Shown here in pieces: positions 46,792-64,000 of a stretch of DNA of 64,000 bases. The stretch is from the NCBI RefSeq assembly GCF_009914755.1, contig NC_060937.1. One strand, written 5' to 3'. The stretch is from the human T2T-CHM13v2.0 reference genome, Homo sapiens. The notes under the pieces are model-generated. The model was not told the DNA's origin. It did no database searches and was given only the letters and a program-made list of their open reading frames with translations. The position numbers were made by a program, and so were the translations under genes. Positions within the stretch are counted from its first letter, which is position 1. Every line of letters starts with the position of its first letter.

Positions 46792-49700
46792 ACACATCTC
46801 TGAACTGATCAACAAAGTGATGTAACTCTTGTCTAGGCTCTGCCTACAGGGGCATTGTGACATATCTCTGCACTGGTCACCCAGGTGATGGGACTTTTGT
46901 CTAGGCTCTGCCTATGGGGGCATTGTGACATATCTCTACACTGATCACCCCAGTGATGTAACTCTTTTGCTGGATCTGCCTATGGGGGCATTGTGACATA
47001 TTTCTGCACTGATCTCCCAGGTGACGGGACTCTTGTCTATGCTCTGTGTATGGGGGCTTTGTGACATATCTCTGCACTGATCACCCAGGAGATGAGACTC
47101 TTGTCTGAGCTCTGCCTAGAGGAACCCTGGGACATATCTCTGCACTGATCGCTGAGGTGATGTAAAAGTTCTCTAGGTTTTGCCCACAGTGGGATTTATC
47201 ACATATCTCTTCACTGATCACCCAGGTGATGTAACTCTTGTCTAGGCTGTGCTTACAGGGGGTATTGTGAGATATCTCTGCACTGATCACCCAGGTGAAG
47301 CAACTCTTGTCTAGGCTCTGCTACAGGGGCATTTTAACATATCACTGCACTGATCTACGAGATGATGTAACTCTTGTATTGGCTTCGCCGACAGTGGGCA
47401 TTGAGATATATCTCTGCACTAATCACCCAGGAGATGTAACTCTTGTCTAGGCTCTGCCTACAGGGGCTTTGTGACATATTTCTGCACTGATCACCCAGGT
47501 GATGTAACTCTGGTTTAGGCTGAGCCTACAGGGGCTTTGTGACACATGTCTTTACTGATCACCCAGGTAATGTAACTCTTGTCTAGGCTCCACCTAAAGG
47601 GGATATTGTGACTTATCTCTGCACTGATCACCCAGGTGATGTAACATTTATCTAGGCTCTTCCTACAGTGGAGTTTTGACATAGCCCTGCACAGATCACC
47701 TAGGTTATGTAACTCTTGTCAACTCTCTGCCAACAGGGGGCATTGTGAAATATGTCTGCCCTGATCACCCAGGTGATGTGACTCTTCTCTACACTCTGCC
47801 TAGTGGGGGATTTGTGACATATCTCTGCACTGATTTCGCAGGTGATGGAAGTCTTGTTTAGGCTGTGTCTATGGGGGCATTTTGTCAAATATCTGCACTG
47901 ATCACCCAGGTGATGTAACTCTTGTCTAGGCTCTGTCTATAGGGATTTGTGTGAGATTCCACTGCACTGATCACCTAGGTGATGTAAGCCTTGTATGGGC
48001 TTTTCCTACAGAAGGCTTTGTGACATATCTATGCACTGATCTCTGAGGTGATGCAACTCTTGTCTAGGCACTGCATATAGGGGACATTGGTAAATATCTC
48101 TGTACTGATCACTCAGGTGATGGACTCTTGTCTTAGATTTGTATTCCTGGACATTGTGACACATCTCTGAACTGATCAACCAAGTGATGAAACTCTTGTC
48201 TAGGCTCTCCCTACATGGTCTTTGTGACACATCTCTGCACTGATCACCCTGGGGAGGGAACTCTTGTCTATTGTCTGCCTACAGGAGGCTTTATGACTTA
48301 TACCTGCACTGATAACCTAGGTGACGTAACACTTGTCTAGGCTCTGCCTACACGGGAATTCACCCATATCTCTGCACTGATCACCCAGGTGATGTAACTT
48401 CTGTCTAGGTTCAGCCTACAGGAGCGTTTTGACATATGTCTGCAGGCTGTGCCCACAGGGGATTGAGACATGTCTCTGCACTGATCCCGAGGTGATCTAA
48501 CTCTTGCCTGGTCTCTGCCTACTGGGGACATTGTGACATATCTCTGCACTGATCTCCCAGGTGCTGTAACTTTAGTCTAGGCTCTGGCTACACGGCATTG
48601 TGACATATCACTACAATGATCACCCAGGTGATATAACTCTTGTCTATGGTCTGCTTACAGGTGGCTTGTGACATATCTCTGTACTGATAACCCAGGTGAT
48701 GTAACTGTTGTATAAGCTCTGCCTACAGGGGAATTGTGAGAGATCTCGCCACTGATCACCCAAGTGATGTAACTATCGTCTAGGCTTTGCCTACAGGGGT
48801 CTTTGTGACATACCTTTGCACTGATAACCCAGGTGATGTAACTCATCTAAGTTCTGCCTACAGGAGCTTTGTGATATATCTCTGCACGGATCACTTAGTT
48901 GATGTAACACTTTTATAAGCACTGCCTAAAGGGAAAGTTGACAAATCTCTGCACTGATCACCTAGGTGATGTAACTCTTGTCTACCCTATGCCCAAAGGG
49001 GGCATTGTGAAATATATCTGCACTGATCACCCAGGTGATTCAACTCTTGTCTTGGATCTGCCTACAGGTGGTATTGAGAAATATCTCCACACTGATTAAC
49101 TAGGTGATTTAACACTTGTCTAGGCTTTGCCTACAGGGGCGTTTTCAAATATCCCTGAACTAATGACAAAGGTGATGTAACTCTTGCCTAGGCTTTGCCT
49201 ACAGGGGACATTGTGACATATCTCTGCAGTGATCACCGAGGTGATGCAAATCTTCTCTATGTTCTGCCTAAAGGGGATATTGTGACATATATCTACACTG
49301 ATGACCCAGGTGATGCAACTCTTCTGTATGCTCTGCCTACAGGGGACGTTGTGACATATTCCTGAACTGATCACCCAGGTGATGCAACTCTTCTCTATGC
49401 TCTGCCTTCAGGGGGCATTGTGACATATGTCTGCACTGATCACCCAGGTGATGTAACTCTTTTCTAGTCTCTGCCTACAGAGGGCGTTGTGACATCACTC
49501 TGCACGGATCACCCCGGTTATGTAACTCTTGTCTAGGCTCTGCCTACGGGGGCATTGTGACTTATCTCTGCACTGATCACCCAGGAGATGTGACTCTTGT
49601 CTAAACTCTGCCTAGAGGGACTTTGGGACATATCTCTGCACTGATCGCTGAGGTGATGTAAAACTTGTCTAGGCTTTGCCTACAGTGGGATTTATGACAT

Positions 49701-52150
49701 ATCTCTGCACTGATCAGCCAAGTGATGTAACTCTTCTCTAGGCTCTGCTTACAGGGGGTATTGTGAGATATCTCTGCAGTGATCACCCAGGTGAAGGAAG
49801 TGTTTTCTAGGGTCAGCCTACAGGAGCATTTTAACATATCACTGCACTGATCACCGAGATGATGTAACTCTTGTATAGGCTTCGCCGACAGGGGGCATTG
49901 AGACATATCTCTGCACTGATCACCGAGGAGAGGCAACTCTTGTCTGGGATCTGCTTATAGGGGGCATTGTGACATATCTCTGCCCTGATCACCCAGGTGA
50001 TGTAACTCTTGTCTGGGCTCTGCCTACTGGAGACTTTGTGACATATCTCCGTGCTGATCACTCAGGTGATGTCACTTTTGTCAAGGATATGGCTACATTG
50101 ACATTGTGACATGTCACTGCACTGATCACACACCTGATGTAACTCTTGTCTACGCTCTGGCTACAAGGGCTTGTGACACATCTCTGAACTGATCATCCAG
50201 GTGATGTAACCCTTATCTAGGCTCTGCCAGAAGGGGGCATTGTGACATAAATCTGTACTGATCCCCCAGGTGACGGGTCTCTTATCTAGGCTGTGCCTAC
50301 TGGGGCATTGTGACATATATCTGCAGTGATCACGCAGGTGATGTAACTCTTGTCTATATCTGCCTACTGATGGCATTGTGGCATATTTCTGCATTGATCA
50401 CCAAGGTGATGGACTCTTGTCTTGGATTTGCCTATGGGGCCATAGTGACATACATCTGCACTGATCACTCATGTGATGTAACGCTTGTCTAAGCTGTGCC
50501 TAAAGGGGAATTGAGACAGATAACTCCACTGATCACCCAGGTGATGTAACAATTTTTTGGGATTTGTCTACAGGGTTCTTTGTGACATATCTTTGCACTG
50601 ATCACCCAGGAGATGTAAGTCTTGTCAAGGTTCAGCCTACAGGGGCTTTGTGACATATCTCTGCTCTGATCACCCAGATGATGTAACTCTTGTCTAGGCT
50701 CCACCTACAGGGGGTATTGTGACGTATCTCTGCACTGATCACCCAGTTGATGTAACATTTATCTAGGCGCTGCCTACATGGGCGTTTTGACATAGCTCTG
50801 CACAGATCACCTAGGTTACGAAACTCTTCTCCACTCTCTGCCTACAGGAGGCATTGTGAAATATCTCTGCACTGATCACCCAGGTGATGGGACTCTTCTC
50901 TATACTCTGCCTAGAGGGGGATTTGTGACATATCTCTGCTCTGATCACCCAGGTGATGGAAGATTTCTCTAGGCTCTGTTTTTGGGAGCATTGTGTCAAA
51001 TATCTGCACTGATCACCCAGGTGATGTAATTCTTTTCTAGGCTCTGTCTACAGGGATTTTTGTGACATATCACTACACTGATCACCTAGGTGATGTAAGC
51101 CTTCTATGTGCTTGGCTTACAGAAGGCTTTGTGACATATCTATGCACTGATCTCTGAGGTGATGTATTTCTTGTCTAGGCACTGCCTACAGGGGACATTG
51201 GTACATATCTCTGCAGTGATCACCCAAGTGATGGACTCTTGTCTTAGATCTGCCTACATGGACATGGTGACACATCTCTGAACTGATCAACAAAGTGTTG
51301 CAACTCTTGTCTGGGCTTTGCCTAAAGGGGCTTTGTGACACATCTCTGCACTGATCACCCTGTGGAGGGAACTCTTGTCTACACTCTGCCTACAGGAGTC
51401 TTTATGACTTATACCTGCACTGATAACCTAGGTGATGTAACACTTGTCTAGGCTCTGCCTACACGGAAATTCTCACATATCTCTGCACTGATCACACAGG
51501 TGATGTAATTCCTGTCTAGGTTCAGCCTACAGGAGCGTTTTGACATATCTCTGCACTGATCACCCAGGTGATGTAACCCTTGTCTAAGCTCTGCCTACAG
51601 GGGCATTGTGACAGATCTCTCCACTGCTCACCCAGGTGATGTAACAATTCTCTGGTCTTTGCCTACAGGGGGCTTTGTGATATACATTTCCACTGATCAA
51701 ACAGGTGATGTAACACTTATCAAGGTTCTCCTTACAGGGGATTTGAGACATATCTCTTCACTGATCACCCCAGGGAGGAAACACTTGTCTACACTCTGCC
51801 TACAGGAGGCATTACAACTTATCCCTGCACTGATAACTAGGTGATGTAACACTTGTCTAGGCTCTGTCTAAACCAGAATTTTCACACATCTCTACACTGA
51901 TCACCTAAGTGATGTAACCCTTGTCTAGGTTCAGCCTACTGGGGATTTCTGACATACCTCTGCACTGATCACCGAGGTGATGTAAATGATTTCCAGGCTT
52001 TTTGCACAGGGTTCATTGTGATATATCTCTACACTGATCACCCAAATGATGCAAATCTTCTCTAGGCTCTGCAGGGAGGGGGCATTGTGACATATTTCTG
52101 AACCGATCATCGAGGAGATGTAACTATTCTTCTGGATTTGACTAAAGAGC
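46792..52150 (-). repeat. Beta satellite array
   Basis: 68-bp monomers. Confidence 0.97.
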
Positions 52151-54920
<2,770 letters not shown>

Positions 54921-57900
54921 ACACATCTCGGAACTGATCAACAAAGTGATGTAACCCTTGTCTAGGCTCTACCTAATGGGACTTTGTGACATATCTCTGC
55001 ACTGATCACCCAGGTGATGGGACTTTTTTCTAGGCTATGCCTATGGGGGCATTGTGACATATCTCTACACTGATCACCCAGGTGATGTAACTCTTGTGTT
55101 AGATCTGCCTATGGGGGCATTGTGAAATATTTCTGCACTGATCACGCAGGTGATGTAACTCTGGTCTAAGCTCTGCCTAAAGGGTCATTGTGACAGATCT
55201 CTGCACTGATCACTCAGGTGATGTAAGTATAGTCTAGGTTCTTCTTAAAGGGTCCTTGTCACATATCTCTGCACTGATCACCCAGGTGGTGGGACTCTTC
55301 TCTTGGCTCTGCCTACTGGGGGCATTGTCACATATTTCTGCATTGATCACCCAGGTGACAGACCCTTGTCTTGGATTTGCCTATGGGGTCATTGTGACAT
55401 ATATCCGCACTGATCACCCAGGTGATGTAACGCTTGACTAGGCTCTGCCTACGGGGCATAGTGACATATTGCTGCATTGATCACCGAGGTGATGTAACTC
55501 TTGTCCAGGCTCTGCCTATAGGGGGCCTTGTGACATATCTCTGCGCTGATCATCTAGGTGATGTAACTCTTGCTTACGCTCTGTCTGCAAGAGCATTGTG
55601 AAATATCTCTGCACTGATCACCTAGGTGATGTAACTCTTGTATAAGCTCTGCCTACAGGGGAATTGTGAGAGACCACGCCACTGATCACCCAAGTGATGT
55701 AACTATTGTCTAGGCATTGCCTACAGGGGGCTTTGTGACATACATGTGCAATGATCACCCAGGTTATGTAACTCATCTAAATTCTGCCTACAGGAGCTTT
55801 GTGACATATCTCTGCACTGATCACTTAGGTGATGTAACACTTTTATAAGCACTGCCTTCAGGGAATTTTGACAAATCCTTGCACGGATCACCTAGGTGAT
55901 GTATCTCTTGGCTACCCTCTGCCCAAAGGGGGCATTGTGAAATATCTCTGCACTGATCAACCAGGTGATTCAACTCTTGTCTAAGATCTGCCTACAGGGG
56001 ATATTGTGAAACATATCTGCACTGATCAACAAGGTGATGTAACTCTTGTCTAGCCTCTGCCTACAGGGGCATTTTCACATATCCCTGAACTGATGACAAA
56101 GGTGATGTAACTCTTGCCTAGTCTTTGCCTACAAGGGACATTGTGACATATCTCTGCACTGATCACCCAGGTGATGCAACTCTTCTCTATGCTCTGCCTA
56201 CAGGGGGCATTGTGACATATCTCTGCACTGATCACCCAGGTGATGTAACTCTTTTCTAGTCTCTGCCTACAGAGGGCGTTGTGACATCACTCTGCACGGA
56301 TCACCAGGGTTATGTAACTCTCCTCTAGGCTCTGCCTACGGGGGCTTTGTGACTTATCTCTGCACTGATCACTCAGGAGGTGTGACCCTTTTCTAAGCTC
56401 TGCCTAGAGGGACATTGGGACATATCTCTGCACTGATCACTGACGTTATATAAAACTTGTCTAGGCTTTGCCTACAGTGGGATTTATGACATATCTCTGC
56501 ATTAATCACCCAGGTGATGTAACTCTTGTCTAGGTTCTACTTAAAGGGGGTATTATGAGATATCTCTGCACTGATCACCCAGGTGATGTAACTCTTGTCT
56601 AGGCTCTGCCTACAGGGGCATTTTAGCATATCACTGCACTGATCACCGAGATGATGTAACTTTTGTATAGGCTTCGCTGAAAAGGGGCATTGAGACATAA
56701 ATCTGCACTGATCTCCGAGGTGATGCAACTCTTGTCTCGGATCTGCTTACAGGGGGCATTGTGACATATCTCTGCCATGATCACCCAGGTGATGTAACTC
56801 TTGTCTAGGCTCTGCCTACTGGAGACATTGTGATATATCTCCGCACTGATTACCCAGGTGATGTCACTTTTCTCAAGGATATGGCTACAGGGACATTGTG
56901 AAATGTCACTGCACTGATCACACAGCAGATGTAACTCTTTTCTAGGCTCTGGCTACAGGGGGCTTGTGACACATCTCTGCAATGATCACCCTGGTGATGT
57001 AACCCTTGTCTAGGCTCTGTCAAAAGGGGGCATTGTGACATAACTCTGCACTGATCACCCAGGTGATGTAACATTTATCTAGGCTCTGCCTACAGGGGCG
57101 TTTTGACATAGCTCTGCACAGATCACCTAGGTTATGTAACTCTTGTCCACTCTCTGCCTACAGGGGACATTGTGAAATATCTGCACTGATCAATCAGGTG
57201 ATGGAACTCTTCTCTGTACTCTGCTTAGAGGGGGATTTGTGACACATCTCTGCACTGATCGCCAAGGTGATGGAAGTCTTGTCTAGGCTCTGTCTATGGG
57301 GGCATTCTGTCAAATATCTGCACTGATCACCCAGGTGATGTACCTCTTTTCTAGGCTCTGTCTACAGAGATTTTTTTGACATATCACTGCACTGATCACC
57401 TAGGTGATGTAAGTCTTGTATGGGCTTTGCCTACAGAAGGCTTTGTGAAATATCTCTACAGTGATCTCTGAGGTGATGCAACTCTTGTCTAGGCACTGTC
57501 TACAGGGGACATTGGTACTTATCGCTGCACAGATCACCCAGGTGATGGAGTCTTGACTTAGATCTGCCTACGTGGACATTGTGACACATCTCTGAACTGA
57601 TCAACCAAGTGAAGAAACTCTTGTCTAGGCTCTGCCTACAGGGGCTTTGTGACACATCTCTGCACTGATCACCCTGGGGAGGGAACTCTTGTCTACGCTC
57701 TGCCTACAGGAGGCTTTATGACTTATACCTGCACTGATAACCTAGTTGATGTAACCCTTGTCTAGGCTCTGCCTACATGGGAATTCTCACATATCTCTGC
57801 ACTGATCACCGAGGTGACGGACTCTTGCCTTGGATCTGCCTATGGGGACATTGTGACATATCCCTGCACTGATCACCCAGGTGATGTAACTGTTGTATAA

Positions 57901-60900
57901 GCTCTACCTACAGGGGAATTGTGAGAGATCTCGCCACTGATCACCCAAGTGATGTAACTATTGTCTAGGCTTTGCCTACATGGGGATTTGTGACATACCT
58001 TTGCACTGATCTCCCAGGTGATGTAACTCATCTAAGTTCTGCCTACAGGAGCTTTGTGACATATCTCTGCACTGATCACCCAGGTGTTGCAACTCTTCTC
58101 TATGCTCTGCCTACAGGGGGCATTGTGACATATCTCTGCACTGATCACAAAGGTGATGTAACTCTTTTCTAGTCTCTGCCTACAGAGGGCGTTGTGACAT
58201 GACTCTGCACGGATCTCCCTGGTTATGTAAGTATTGTCTAGGCTTTGCCTACGGGGTCATTGTGACTTATCTCTGCACTGATCACCCAGGAGATGTGACT
58301 CTTTTCTAAGCTCTGCCTTGAGGGACATTGGGACATATCCCTGCACTGATCACTGAGGTGGTGTAAAACTTGTCTAGGCTTTGCCTACAGTGAGATTTAT
58401 GACATATCTCTGCACTGATCACCCAGGTGTTGTAACTGTTGTGTAGGCTCTGCTTACAGTGGTTATTGTGAGATATCTCTGCATTGATCACCCAGGTGAT
58501 GTGACTCTTGTCTAGGCTCTGCCTACAGGGGCATTTTAACATATCACTGCACTGATCACCGAGATGATGTTACTCTTGTATAGGCTTCAACGACGGGGGC
58601 ATTGAGACATATCACTGCACTGATCACCGAGTTGATGCAACTCTTCTCTGGGATCTGTTTACAGGGGGCATTGTGACATATCTCTGCCCTGATCACCCAG
58701 GAGATGTAACTCTTGTCTAATCTCTGCCTACTGGAGACATTGTGACATATCTCCGCACTGATCACCGAGGTGATGTCACTTTTCTCAAGGATATGGCTAC
58801 AGGGACATTGTGACATATCACTGCACTGATCACATAGCTGGTGTATCTCATATATAGGCTCTGGCTACAGCGGGCTTGTGACACATCTCTGCACTGATCA
58901 CCCAGGTGATGTAACCCTTGTCTAGGCTCTGTCAAAAGGGGGCATTGTGACATAACTCTGCACTGATCGCCCAGGTGATGGGACTCGTGTCTAGGCTCTG
59001 CCTACAGGGGCATTGTGACATATCTCTGCAGTGATCACGCAGGTGATGTAACTCTTGTCTGTATCTGCCTACTGTCGACACTGTGACATATTTCTGCACT
59101 GATCACCCAGGTGATGGACTCTTGTCTTGGATCTGCCAATGGGGGCATAGTGACTTATCTCTGCACTGATCACTCATGGGATGTAACGCTTGTCCAAGCT
59201 GTGCCTGAAGGGGAATTTTGACAGATATCTCCACTGATCACCCAGGTGATGTAACAATTTTCTGGGATTTGTCCACAGGGGGCTTTGTGCCATATCTTTG
59301 CACTGATCACCCAGGAGATGTAACAACTCTTGGCTAGGCAGGGCCTACAGGGTCTTTGTGACATATTTCTGCACTGATCACCCAGGTGATGTAACTCTTG
59401 TTTAGGCTCTGCCTACAGGGGCTTTGTGACATATTTCTGCACTGATCACCCAGGTGATGTTACTCTTGTTTAGGCTCTGCCTACAGGGGCTTTGTGACAT
59501 ATTTCTGCACTGATCACCCAATTGATGTAACTCTTGTCTAGGCTCCACCTACAGGGGGTATTGTGGCGTATCTCTGCACTGATCACCCAGGTGATGTAAT
59601 ATTTATCTAGGCTCTGCCTACAGGGGCGTTTTGATATAGCTCTGCACAGATCACCTAGGTTATGTAACTCTTGTCCACTCTCTGCCCACAGGGGGCATTG
59701 TGAAATATCTCTGCACTGATCACCCAGGTGATGGGACTCTTCTCTGTACTCTGCCTAGAGGGGGATTTGTGACATATCTCTGCACTGATCACCAAGGTGA
59801 TGGAAGTCTTGTCTAGGCTCTGTCTATGGGGGCATTGTGTCAAATATCTGCACCGATCTCCCAGTTGATGTACCTCTTTTCTAGTCTCTGTCTACAGGGA
59901 TTTTTGTGACATATCACTGCACTGATCACCTAGGTGATGTAAGCCTTGTATGGGCTTTGCCTAAAGAAGGCTTTGTGAAATATCTCTGCACTGATCTCTG
60001 AGGTGATGCAACTCTTGTCTAGGCACTGCCTACAGGGGACATTGGTCCATATCTCTGCACTGATCACCCAGGTGATGGACTCTTGTCTTAGATCTGCCTA
60101 CATGGAGATTGTGACACATCTCTGAACTGATCAACCAAGTGATGAAACTCTTGTCTAGGCTCTGCCTACAGGGCTTTGTGACACATCTCTGCACTGATCA
60201 CCCTGGGGAGGGAACTCTTGTCGACGCTCTGCCTACAGGAGGCTTTATGACTTATACCTGCACTGATAACCTAGTTGATGTAACACTTCTCTAGGCTCTG
60301 CCTACACGGGATTTCTCACATATCTCTGCACTGATCACCCAGGTGATGGACTCTTGTCTTGGATCTTCCTATGGGGGCATTGTGACATATCTCTGCACTG
60401 ATCACCCAGGTGATGTAACTGTTGTATAAGCTCTACCTACAGGGGAATTGTGAGAGATCTCGCCACTGATCACCCAAGTGATGTAACTATTGTCTAGGCT
60501 TTGCCTACATGGGGCTTTGTGACATACCTTTGCACTGATCTCCCAGGTGATATAACTCATCTAAGTTCTGCCTACAGGAGCTTTGTGACATATCTCTGCA
60601 CTGATCACTTAGGTGATGTAACACTTCTATAAGTACTGCCTACTGGGAATTTTGACAAATCTCTCCTTGGATCACCTAGGTGATGTAACTCTTGTCTACC
60701 ATCTACCCATAGGGGTCATTGTGAAATATCTCTGCACTGATCACCCAGGTGATTCAACTCTTGTCTACGATCTGCCTACAGGGGATATTGTGAAATATCT
60801 CTGTAGTGTTCATCTAGGTGATGTAACCCTTGTCTAGGCTCTCTCTACAAGGATTTGTGTGACGTATCCCTGCACTGGTCACCTAGATGATGTAAGCCTT

Positions 60901-61946
60901 GTATGGGTTTGCCTATAGAAGGCTTTGTGACAGATCTATGCACTGATCTCTGAGGTGATGTAACTCTTGTCTAGGCACTGCCTACAGGGGACATTGGTAC
61001 ATATCTCTGCACTGATCACCCAGGTGATGGACTCTTGTCTTAGATCTGCCTACATGGACATTTTGACACATCTCTGAACTGATCAACAAAGTGATGAAAC
61101 TCTTGTCTAGGCTCTGCCTATGGGGGCTTTGTGACACATCTCTGCACTTATCACCCTTGGGAGGGAACTCTTGTCTACGCTCTGCCTACAGGAGGCTTTA
61201 CGACTTATACCTGCACTTATAACCTAGGTGATGTAACGCTTGTCTAGACTCTGTCTACACGGGAATTCTCACATATCTCTGCACTGATCACCCGGGTGAT
61301 GTTACTCTTGTCTAGGTTCATCCTACAGGAGTGTTTTGACATATCTCTGCACTGATCACCCAGGTGATGTAACCCTTGTTTAATCTCTGCCTACAGGGGC
61401 ATTGTGACAGATCTCTCCACTGCTCACCCAGGTGATGTAACAATTGTCTGGGCTTTGCCTACAGGGGACTTTGTGATATACATTTCCACTGATCAAACAG
61501 GTGATGTAACCCTTGTCAAGGTTCTGCTTACAGGGGCTTTGTGACATATCTCTACACTGATCACCCCAGGGAGGAAACACTTGTCTACACTCTGCCTACA
61601 GTAGGCTTTACAACTTATCCCTGCACTGATCACTGGCTGATGGAACACTTGTCTAGGCTCTGTCTACACGGGACTTTTCACATATCTCTACACTGATCAC
61701 CTAAGTGATGTAACCCTTGTCTAGGTTCCGCCTACTGGGAATTTCTGACATACCTATGCACTGATCACCGACGTGATGTAAATAATTTCCATGCTTTTTG
61801 TACTGGGGACATTGTGATATATCTCTGCACTGATCACCCAAATGATGCAAATCTTCTGTAGGCTCCGCAGGGAGGGGGCATTGTGACATATTTCTGAACT
61901 GATCATCCAGGAGATGTAACTATTCTCCAGGCTTTGACTAAAGAGC
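54921..61946 (-). repeat. Beta satellite array
   Basis: 68-bp monomers. Confidence 0.97.
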
Positions 61947-62372
61947 ATCGGAAGGTGTTGGGAGAGCCTCAGTCGGAATTTCATGGACGGACAAGGGCAC
62001 AGAGAGGCCAGCGGACCCCCTTGCACGTGAGCCGGGGTGCGCAATGAGCGCAGGGCTAGCCAGGAGGCCGGCAAAGAGGGCTAGAGGTCTGCGTTCCGCA
62101 GCCAGGCACTCCATGGTGGCAGCTGAGAGGCTGCAGGGGCACGGACGGACCGGTGACGGTAGCGCGGAGGCGCAGAGGAGGTGAGCCGTCGGAGGGTTGT
62201 CAGGCCTGGACGCTGGGTGGGCCTGAGGTTTTGAAGGACGTGGGTCTCCATCCAGCCCAGGGGAAGACGCATTTTACGGAGGTGGGAGCTGGGGTTCGGG
62301 AGGGGGTGGATAGGCCGGGTTGGGGTGGTGGAAAGGCATTAGAGCTCTGTCGGCGCTGCTCCGAAAGCTCAG
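61947..62372 (-). repeat. D4Z4/LSAU-like unit 9, 3' remnant only (pLAM-like tail and part of intron 2)
   Basis: Matches the 3' 425 bp of the other units; no ORF sequence; cut off by AT-rich satellite. Confidence 0.92.
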
Positions 62373-64000
62373 TATATAACTTATATTTGATATACTTTCA
62401 TATTTTATGTACATAATATAATATACATTTGATGTACTTTCATATTTTATGTACAGTATATAATGTATGGGTACTTTGATATTTTATGTACAGTATAAAA
62501 TATATAGTTTGGGTACTTTGATATATTATGTACAGTATATAATATATGTTTGGGTACTTTGATATTTTATGTACAGTATACAATATATATTTGGTGTACT
62601 TTGATATTTTATGTACAGAACAGAATATATATTTGGGGTAATTTGATATTTTATGTAGAGAATATAATATATATTTGATGTACTTTGATGTTTTATATAC
62701 ACAATATAATATATGTTTGATGTATTTTCATATTTAATGTACACTATATAATATATACTTTGGGTACTTTGATATTTTATGTCCAGTATAACATATATAC
62801 TTGGGGTAGTTTGATATTTTATGTACAGTATATAATATATACTTTGGGTACTTTGATATTTTATGTACAGTATATAATATATAGTTTGCATACTTTGATA
62901 TTTTATGTACAGTATATTATATATAGTTTGGGTACTTTGATATTTTATGTAGAGTTTATAACAAATGTTTGGGTACTTTGATATTTTGTGTACAGTATAT
63001 AATACATACTTTGGGTACTTTGATACTTAATGTACAGTATATAATACATGTTTGGGTACTTTGATATTTTATGTACAGTATAGAATATATATTTGGTGTA
63101 CTTTGATATTTTATTTACAGAATAAAATATATATTTGATGTACTTTCATATTTTATGTACAGTATATAATATATACATTGGGTACGTTGATATTTTATGT
63201 ACAGTATATAATATATATTTGTTGTACTTTGAAATATTACGTACACAATATAATATATATTTGATGCACTTTCATATTTTATGTACAGTATTTAATATAT
63301 AGTTTGGGTACTTTGATATTTTATGTACAGTATATAATCTATAGTTTGGGTACTTTGATGTTTTATGAACATTATATAATGTATAGTTTGGGTAATTTGA
63401 TATTTTATGTACAGTATATAATATATAGTATGGCTACTTTGATATTTCATGTACAGAATAGAATATATATTTGGTGTACTTTGATATTTTATGTACAGTA
63501 TAGAATATATACTTTGTGTACTTTTATATTTTATGTACAATATATAATATATAGTTTCGGTACTTTGATATTTTATGTACAGTATATAATATATAGTTTG
63601 GGTAGTTTGATATGCTATGTGCAGTATATAATATATAGTTTGGTTACTTTGATACGTTATGTACAGTACATAATATATAATTTGGGTACATTGATTTTTT
63701 GTTACAGTATATAATATATAACTTGGGTACTTTGATAATTTATGTACAGTATATAATAAATACTTTGGGTACTTTGATATTTTATGTACAGTATATAATA
63801 TATACATTGGCTACCTTGATATTTTATGTACAGTATATAATCTATAGTTTGGATACTTTGATATTTTATGTACAGTACATAATATATACTTTGGATACTT
63901 TGATAATTTATGTATAGTATATAATATATAGTTTGGGTACTTTGATATTTCATGTACAGTATATAATATATATTTGGGGTAATTTGATATTTTATGTACA
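62370..64000 (-). repeat. Human satellite 1A (HSat1A/SAR), 42-bp AT-rich tandem repeat
   Basis: Unit tactttgatattttatgtacagtatataatatatagtttggg, the reverse complement of the classic 17-bp plus 25-bp satellite I subunits with GTAC sites; runs off the window end. Confidence 0.95.

Noticed and set aside
62370-64000. 378-bp higher-order repeat in HSat1A, and Tyr/Ile-rich ORFs
   Set aside because: Only one variant pair (63093 and 63471) is 378 bp apart and other variants do not fit by eye; the ORFs arise because 42 bp is a multiple of three

Overview
Hominid (probably human) heterochromatin, most consistent with an acrocentric short arm. Positions 1-62372 are an LSAU/D4Z4-beta-satellite composite array: nine diverged D4Z4/DUX4-like units (seven near-complete at 2.7-3.1 kb, two truncated) separated by 0.4-8.8 kb blocks of 68-bp beta satellite. 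Each unit runs from the DUX4 upstream region through a decayed DUX4 ORF, exon 2 and a pLAM/exon-3-like tail into beta satellite. Positions 3768-16449 are inverted relative to the rest. An AT-rich 42-bp HSat1A array starts abruptly at about 62370. No intact full-length gene is present, and I see no convincing novel system; the composite itself is a known repeat class. The most notable patterns are: (1) all seven copies with a 5' end are inactivated within about 30 codons, while the C-terminal 'MQG' ORF stays open in five of eight; (2) the site matching the FSHD polyA signal is an ordinary beta-satellite hexamer in all nine copies; (3) the pLAM-like tail is an ATG-deleted direct repeat of the DUX4 5' UTR; (4) the inversion is unbalanced and looks like a fold-back. 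Comparisons to 4q35 are from recalled sequence and need an alignment to confirm. Strand for beta satellite is + where GATCAGTGCAGAGATATGTCAC reads on the + strand.
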